In this document: in pieces, positions 56,317 to 64,000 of the stretch | Layout of the letters: the number at the start of each line of letters is the position of its first letter | Position numbering within the stretch: the stretch's first letter is position 1 | Assembly (NCBI RefSeq): GCF_009914755.1 | Contig: NC_060942.1 | DNA length: 64,000 nucleotides | Source of the DNA: the human T2T-CHM13v2.0 reference genome, Homo sapiens | Reading direction: 5' to 3' (one strand) | Program-made: the position numbers and the translations under genes | Notes under the pieces: generated by a model | Database searches by the model: none | Told to the model about the DNA's origin: nothing | The model's input: the letters and a program-made list of their open reading frames with translations, nothing else

Positions 56317-56676
56317 TGATATGGTTTGGCTGTGTTCCCACCCAAATCTTCTTGAATCATAGCTCTCATAATTCCCACGTCATGGGAGAGACCCAGTAGG
56401 AGGTAACTGAACCATGGGTCTGGGTCTTTTCCATGCTGTTCTTGTGATAGTGAGTAAGTCTCATTTATAAAATAGTTCTATAAAGGAGAGTTCCCCTACA
56501 CACATTCTCTTGCCTGCCGCCAAGTATGACATGACTTTGATCTTCCTTTGCCTTCCACCATGGTTGTGAGGCCTTCCCAGCCACGTGGAACTGTGAGTCC
56601 ATTATAACTCCTTTCCTTTATAAATTACCCAGTCTCAGGTATGTCTTTATTAGCAGTGTGAAAACAGACTAATACA
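56317..56676 (+). mobile_element. THE1B-like MaLR solo LTR
   Basis: tgatatggtttggctgtg...gactaataca; perfect TSD aatgg. Confidence 0.93.
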
Positions 56677-58559
56677 AATGGTTTCTGAGGAGAAATCAGA
56701 TGTAATTCTTATTTTCCTCCTTTAAGGGCAGGGGTTTTTTCCTCTGGCTTCTTTCAAGGTTTTTGATCTTCGATTCTCTATAGTTCGAAGATAAAATGCC
56801 TATATGTTTTGTTCTGGCATTCATCCTACTTGGTGTTCTCTGCATCTCCTGGATCTGAAGTTTAGTGTTCGACGCTAATTTGGGGAAATCCTCAGTTGTC
56901 ATTGCTTCAAATATTGTTTCTCTTCCTTTCCATTACACATGTTACACCATTTCTAGTTGTCCCACAGTTCTTAGACATTCTGTTCCGGGTTTTGTTAGTC
57001 TTTTCTCACTCTGCTTTTTAGTGTTTGAAGTTTATTGCCATATCCCTGAGCTCAGTGATTCCTTCCTCAGCTGTGTCCAGTCTAATAATAAGCCAGTCAA
57101 AGGCATTCTTCATTTCTGTTACAGTGCTATTGATTTCTAGTATTTCTTTTCCATTCTTAGAATTTTCATTTCTCTGCTTACATTGTCCATCTGTTCTTGC
57201 ATGTTTTCTACTTCTCAAGAAAGCACTTAGGTTCTTTTTAAAATTCCTGGCCTGATAATTCCAACATTCCTTTCATATCTGACCCTAGTTGATTCTTTTT
57301 GAGGCTCTTCAAACTGTGTTTTTGCCTTTAGTATGCCTTATGACTTTTGTTAAAAGATGAACATTATGTACTAGGTAGAAAGAACTGCAGTAAACAGGCT
57401 CATGGTAACGTGGTAATGTAGTGGTAAGGTATGAGAAAGAAAGAAGCATTCCATAGTTTTATAATAGTTTTCATTCTTTTCGTGAGTCTGTGAACTTCAC
57501 TGGAGCTTCTTAGTTTTTTTTTGTTTGTTTGTTTGTTTGTTTTTTGTCCTTAGGTAGGACAGAACAGTTAGAGAGAGCTGCAGGTATTTCTTCTTCAGGT
57601 AGGTTAGGCTCATGTAAAATAGCTTCTCCTGAGAAAAGGCTTTGCTAAGAAGAATTGAATGTTCTAGTATTTTTCAAAATGATTCCTTTTTTCTCTCCTC
57701 TTGTCAGAAGGAGGAGAGGATTTTTCTCTAATATCCGCTGAGAGAACCTGGTACCTCTAGGGGTAAAACTCATAAAAGTGTGGGGCTCCCCCATGACAGG
57801 GTCCCCATGGTTTTTAACGCTGAGTTGTTCGCTTTGAGCATCCAGCAATTCAGATACAGTTGTGATTTCCCTACCTTGTCAAGGGTTCCTGTCATGTTAT
57901 TTGCTCCGTTGAATTGTGATTCCCTGTATCTTCCTGTCTATCCAATGTTGAAGACAGCAGTTTGTCCTGGGACCTCCTTTCTCTGACAGATCTAAGAAGG
58001 GCTGCTGATTTTTCCACTTGTTCAGCTTTTCTCTTATTGTTAGGACGCAGTGGCAATTTCTAAGCTTCTTACCTGCCAGAGTAGAAGCCAGAAGTCTGTT
58101 TTGTTATTTTCAGTCTCAGCTTTGACTGATTTAAACCAGGATGGTGGAATAGAAGAGGCTGTCCTGTGCTGGGCAGACTCAAGTGAGCAGCTATCACAAA
58201 TATCAGCATCCTACCTGGTAGAAAGTGTCCAATTTCTAGAAATTATGTTTTAAATTTTTAAACCTATTTCAGTGGCAACAGATTTTACAGTAAACTTTTC
58301 CTAAATTGGTTAATCTTTCTTTTCTCTTTCCAGTCCTTACTTTGTCATTCCTATCTTGTTGGATATCTCCCCTGAGGCATTCTTTTTCCACAGAGACCTG
58401 ACATCTACTCTGAACAATGAGTTCAGATGTGTAGTTTACCACGAGGCACACAAATACCCGAGTACTGTTGGGCTTCACAAGTATAAGGCCCCTTGTGACT
58501 GATGAGACCCGAATTAGATTTACTGTGGTCTTTTTCAATTGCTTGCACTTCTGGATCCA

Positions 58560-58785
58560 GAATGGTGGCTAAGAACACAAAAACTGGTGTAGCTGGGATT
58601 TGAACTCTGTCTTAGTTCAAATTCCAACTATCCCACTTAGAAGCAATTTGAGCAAGTTTTTTTTAACGTTTCTATCTCCGTTAACATATTATATAAAATA
58701 GGAATGATAATCTTGTCTGTCGCAGATTTTGTGAAAATTAAGAGTTAATACACATAAAGCTCCTAGGAGAACACCTGGCACACAA
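58560..58785 (+). mobile_element. MIR
   Basis: gtggctaagaacac...ttgagcaagtttt...taaaataggaatgataat...agaacacctggcaca. Confidence 0.7.
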
Positions 58786-59494
58786 TTTTAACTCTGATAG
58801 GACCTATTCAATAGACCATACCAGAGCCGTGGAACTCTGGTAGACTGGGAAGGAGGTGCAGTAATACCTGAAATATTGATCTTAGCTTTTGAGGTGACCA
58901 GCAGGGAATGAGGCCAATCACCTCTGGCCAAATGCAACCTGGTGTGTCATTAAAATAATTTTAAAGTTCTATGTGAGTCAAGATGCGAAAGGGAATTGGG
59001 AAGCACTGCATTTTTCTATTTCCCGTAAGGATAGCATACTGTGGAGCATTTCTATTTATTCCAGCAAATGCCTTCTCTGTCTGGCTCTTAAAATGGCATG
59101 TAGTTGTTAGGTTCTGCTGGGAGTCAGCTGGGCAGTATATGCGCTGACCCCCATAAGAAGCAGGTGATACACTTTGATGTCTCAGTTGAAAGTTGACTTC
59201 CTAGGACCCGTGTGAAATTCAAGTGCTCTGGCTAAGTGCCCTGAACAGGTAGTAGCTGCCTGTAGCTCTCCCCTGAGCCTCAGAGCAACTGTGGCACCAC
59301 ATTACACTGCATATAAATGCACCATGCTGCTTTCATGTTGCGTAGAAATTCCCCCTTCATATTACAGCTTTGTAAATACATATGGAAGCTTTATCAGGGT
59401 GAAGTTATTAGAGTAATCTATCTCCCGTTTCTCATAGAAAGATACAAATGTTAAGCTTTCCTCAAGTTTTGGGTTCTTTTAATCACATATATAA

Positions 59495-60265
59495 ACACGT
59501 GTGTGTGCACGTGTGTGTATGGGTATGTGTGTACGTGTGTACGTATGTGTATGTGCATGTGTCTGCATGTGTGTGTGCATGCATGTGTGCATGGGTGTGG
59601 GTGTGCCTCTGGGTGTGCGCATGTGTGTGAATGTGTGTGCGTGTATGTGTGTGGTGTGGGGGGGGACTGGGGATGTGTGTGTATGTGTGTGTGTATGTGT
59701 GTGTGCGTGTATGTGTGTGTGCATGGGGGCGGGTGTGTGCAGGGGTGTGGGTGCACATGTGTGCATGTATGTGTATATGTGTGCACCTGTATGTGTGTGC
59801 ACGCGTATGCGTGTATGCATGTGGGTGTGGTGTGGCGGGCTGGGGATGTGTATGTGCGTGTATGTGCATGTATGTGTGTGTGTGCATGGGGGCGGGTGCA
59901 TGGTGGTGAGTGTGTGGGGGGGCATGCGCAGGTGCGTGCACGGGTGTGGGTGCACGTGTGCACATATATATGTGTGTGTGCGTGTATGTGTGTGCACGTG
60001 TGAGTGTATGCGTGTGTGTGCATATGTGCATGTGTGTATACATGTTGGTGTGTGGGTGGTGTGCGTGCGTGTGTGTGTGTGTGTATGTGTGGGTGTGTGG
60101 GGCATGTGGGGCATGTATATATGTGTGTGCATGTGGTTTATGCGTGCATGTATGTGTATGTGCATGGGTGTGGGTGTGTGTGTATGTGGGTGCATGTGTG
60201 TGTGCATGTGGGCACGTCAGTGCACGCTTGTGCGTGCGTGTCAGTGTGTGTGTGCGCACACGTGC
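59495..60265. repeat. Cryptic (TG)n/(TGCA)n purine-pyrimidine repeat, ~770 nt
   Basis: Directly visible; it causes the overlapping ORFs in all six frames. Confidence 0.97.
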
Positions 60266-61449
60266 AGCAACATCAGAACTTGGCAGTTCTATAAAATGAC
60301 TTTTATTCACACAGTCTGTTTGTGAGAAACTACACCAGATAGTAATGGGATCTTTTCCATTTGTAAATGGCATGAGAATGTGATCAAAAATGTGTTCTTT
60401 AATAATAGTGCTGTTTTGAAAAAGTGAAGAAAAGGAAGCATTTTGTTTAGGGGGGAAAAATGGAGTAGAAGGAGAGCTTTCCAAATGTTATTGTTGCTGC
60501 TTTTACCCATGGGAAGAACATACTGAAAAGTTCCAGATAGCAAACACACACTAAGCTCCAGAAAATTTAAGAATAAAATAAGGATTATAAAATATAGATA
60601 ATTCAAAGCCAGATCATTCAAAGCATAACTCCACTGTAATGCTTTCAGGCCTCACAGGATCTTAATTCCTTTATCTGTAATATTAGATGTGTGAATTAAA
60701 TGCGACTTGGATCCCATCTAGAATAGACAGGAATAATGTCTTCCTGATTTTAAGATTCAGTGTCTAAACATGTTGGAAAGTTGACTAAAGTATCCATTAG
60801 AAAGGAACAACATCAAGGTAGAATTGTCTCTTTTTAAGACTTTATCTACATAAGTATATACAAAATTTGATGTACAAAAGTGTATCAAAACATTTTAAAG
60901 GATAGAGACTTTGTTTTGGAGCTTGTGTTGGAGGTGGAAATATTTCATCTCAGGCTTGGCTTTGTCCACAAACTTCAATAACCTTTTATCACATTAGCAC
61001 AGTCAGAGTGTTTTGATTATGGGTTATGTTCCCTTGGACTTGCAAGACCAACAAACAGAGCCAGCAAATGGAAACTCTAAGCCAACTTCACTTGCATTAC
61101 TTGTAATAAAGAGAATTGGTAACCACGTAAAGCCTAATCTCCTTCATAAAGCTTCTTTTTCTCATCACTTTCTTCATGACATTTGTTTTCTCATCTTTAA
61201 AATGGAGAAGTTAAAATAAATGAAGACTGGAGTCCTTTTTGTCCTTTGAGTATAAGATTCTATGTCTTTAGAAAACATCTGAAAAAATTCAAAAGTGCCC
61301 TTGTTCTTTCGTAAGCCAATTGAACCAACATCATTCTTATATTAGTAACTTTTGTGTCATTTGGAAAAATATCAATTCTATAATGGTTTCTAGTGACAGC
61401 TGACTAGGCGACTAAATTCAACCATCCTACTAAAAAAAAAAATAAGGGT

Positions 61450-62220
61450 CCTTGTACACTGTTAGTACAGCTTCTGTGGCAGTTTTTCAAAAAAATAAAA
61501 AATTAACCTATTTCACTTCTGGTTGTATACCTGAAAATTCCACGTCTGGTTGTATACCTGAAATGATTGAAAGGAGGGTCTCCACAGATATTTGTAAACC
61601 CTTGTTTATGGCAGCATTACTCATCATAGCCAAAACACAGAAGCAACTCAAGTCCCCATTTATGGGTAAATGGATAAACAAAAGATGGTATATATATGCA
61701 ATGGAATATTATTCAGCCATGAGGAGAGAATTTCTGACACATGCTCCAGCATGGATAAACCTTTGGGACATTATGCTAAGTGAAATAAACCAATTGCAAA
61801 AAGACAAATACTGCATGATTCCACATAGATGAGGTACCTAGTGTGGTCAATCATAGAGACAGAGCTGAATCGTTGCCAGGGGCTGGGGAGAATGGAAAGA
61901 GAAAACTTGTTCTTTATAGGTGTAGAATTTCAGTTTCATAAGACTAAAAGGTGCAGTGGCATGATCTTATAGACCCAGGTCCTCGGGAGGCTGAAGCAGA
62001 AGGATCGCTTGAGCCCAGCAGTTTGAATCTGGCCTTGGTAACATAGTGAGCTCCCATCTCTTTAAAAAAAAAAAAAAAAAAAAAAAAGACTAAAAAGAGT
62101 TCTGGAGATTGATGAGATTGATTGCATAACAATATAAATGTATTTAACACTACTACATGTACACTTAAAAGTTGTTAGGATAGTAAATTTCATGTGTATT
62201 TTATTACAATTAAAAAATGA
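61450..62220 (+). mobile_element. L1MA/L1MB 3' end
   Basis: ORF 61452 (FMAALLIIAKT...YAMEYYSAM...IMLSEINQ) matches the ORF2p C-terminus; 3' UTR ends acacttaaaagttgttagg. Confidence 0.9.
61949..62087 (+). mobile_element. Alu monomer (FLAM-like)
   Basis: Single arm ggaggctgaagcagaaggatcgcttgagcccag, A24 tail, TSD aagactaaaa. Confidence 0.88.
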
Positions 62221-62699
62221 AGCATTTTTTTAAAACTAGGTAAAATTCAAAAGGCTATGCTGAAAAACATCAGATATCTAATAGGTAGAGATAAAATGAC
62301 TAATTTAAAACAGGAGAAGATTAATGCTCAAAGAGGAAAGCCTGAACCATTTCTGGCCCAGGACAGATGCCCATGCAGAAAGAGAAGGTAATACATGGAA
62401 TGATATTTGTCAAATGGTGAGAGGTAAAGGAGACAGTGCTGAAGTCCTAATATTCTCATGTGTATCACTGCTGGAGCCTCTTTTCCTAACTTGAGGGTCT
62501 CTTGCTTGTGCCTTGAAGCTTTGGAAGGCAGCTGAAAGGTAAGCCAGTTGACTGACTCTAGGGAAGAACAAATGTATCACAGTTCAACTCCTGCCAAGGA
62601 GGAAATCCTAACACAAAATCTTTTGTGTGGGATTAGTTCCCTCAGAGTCTCCATCTGATATGGAATTACAGATCTAGAAGATTCAGAGGATTGCCTAGG

Positions 62700-64000
62700 C
62701 GACCCACAGAAAGACTACCTTGTTCCTGGACCATAAACCTCAGATCCCCAGCAGAGGCAATGAAAACTTCTCTCTGAAGAAAGTCAACACTCTAGGTATT
62801 AAGTTTACATTAATAATTTCTCAAATATATGTCAAGGAAACAATCATAGGATTCCTCTCCTCTGGACAAAACCAGATAAACCAGCATCAACAGAAACAAG
62901 AGACAAAATAAATCTGCTGAAAATCTAAAGATTGGAATCATCTGATTCAAACTATAAACACTGCTGTGCTTGCTAGGCTCAGGGATATAAAAGTACAAAC
63001 CTAAAAATGTCAAAAACTGGGAAGCTATATAAGTAACATCGCAGAGGTGCAAAAGAATCTGTTTGAATTTTCAGAATGGAAAGGGTCAACAGCCAAAATA
63101 AACAACACACTAGATGGGATTAACATCAGATCAGACACACAAAAAAGAATACTAGTGAACTTTAAGATAGGTCAAAGGAAACTATCCATGATAAAAGCCA
63201 TAAAGACTAAAAAAAAAAAGTAAAATTCTAAGAGATGGTGAAGATATAGGGGATGTAATGAAAAGATATACCCATAGTTTAATTGAGGTTGCAGAATAAG
63301 AGGCAAGAAGGGGGCAATATTTGAAGAAATGATTACTGAGAATTTCTCTAGACTGATAAATTACATCAATCCAGTGATTCAAGAAGTCCAACAATCCCTT
63401 ATCCTATAACAGTGAAACTACAGAAAAATTAAAGACAAAAAATATTAAGTCAATCAGAATAAAAAAGTACCCTCATTGGAACAAGAATCAGAGACAGTGG
63501 GAGCTAAATGATGAGAACACATGGACATATAGAGGGAAACCACACACACTGGGGCCTGTTGGCGTGTGGAGGGTGGCAGTGGAGAGAGAATCAGGAAAAA
63601 TAACTAATGAGTACTAGGCTTAATACCTGGGTGATGAAATAATCTGCACAAATACCCATGACACAGATTTACCTATGTAAAAACCTGCACATGTACCTCT
63701 GAACTTAAAACTTTTGAAAAATAAAAAATGTTTAGCAATTAAAAAAAAGAATTACAAATAGTTGAATTCTTAACAGCAATAATGAAAACCGGAAAGCGGT
63801 GAGAAATACCTATAAGGTACCGAAGGAAAACTACCAATTTTCTATGAAAAATTTAATCCATAATGGAGACAAAATGAAGACACTGTCAGACAAACAATAT
63901 CTCAGCTAATTTGCCACTTGCAGACACATCTAAAACCAATGATGAGTTAATGACCATTCTTGGATTAATTTCTACTCCAGGCTGAAAGAAAAGAACAAAA
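62700..64000 (+). mobile_element. Old L1M ORF1 region
   Basis: gatgggattaacatcagatcagacac...agtgaactttaagataggtc...gcaatatttgaagaaatgattactgagaattt. Confidence 0.75.
63496..63750 (+). mobile_element. L1PA13-like 3' UTR fragment
   Basis: gtgggagctaaatgatgagaacacatggac...ctaggcttaatacctgggtgatgaaataatctg...aacctgcacatgtac. Confidence 0.9.

Noticed and set aside
59451-60484. His/Thr-rich and Cys/Val-rich ORFs up to 333 aa
   Set aside because: Open in all frames only because TG/CA repeats lack stop codons.

Overview
Primate, human-like nuclear DNA. It is AT-rich and repeat-dense, typical of intronic or intergenic sequence; AluY copies point to a catarrhine genome. Much of the window is interspersed repeat: 13 Alu dimers plus one monomer, a 5'-intact but internally deleted L1P3-type LINE, old L1M/L2/MIR fragments, solo LTRs (THE1, MLT1, MLT2, LTR16, LTR33) and DNA transposon relics (MER33, MER47A, MER53, Zaphod/MER115-like). 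There are also three large simple-repeat tracts. I recognise no protein-coding gene, tRNA, rRNA or CRISPR array, and the long ORFs in the track come from simple repeats, Alus or L1s. The best leads are: (1) a ~1.76 kb block headed by an L1 3' end that interrupts a colinear L2, possibly a 3' transduction; (2) several exon-like unique segments on the minus strand plus a CpG-enriched candidate first exon, possibly a lncRNA or decayed gene, none proven; (3) small templated-duplication scars. I found no convincingly novel biological system. Repeat subfamily names come from recalled consensus sequences, and boundaries of old repeats are approximate.
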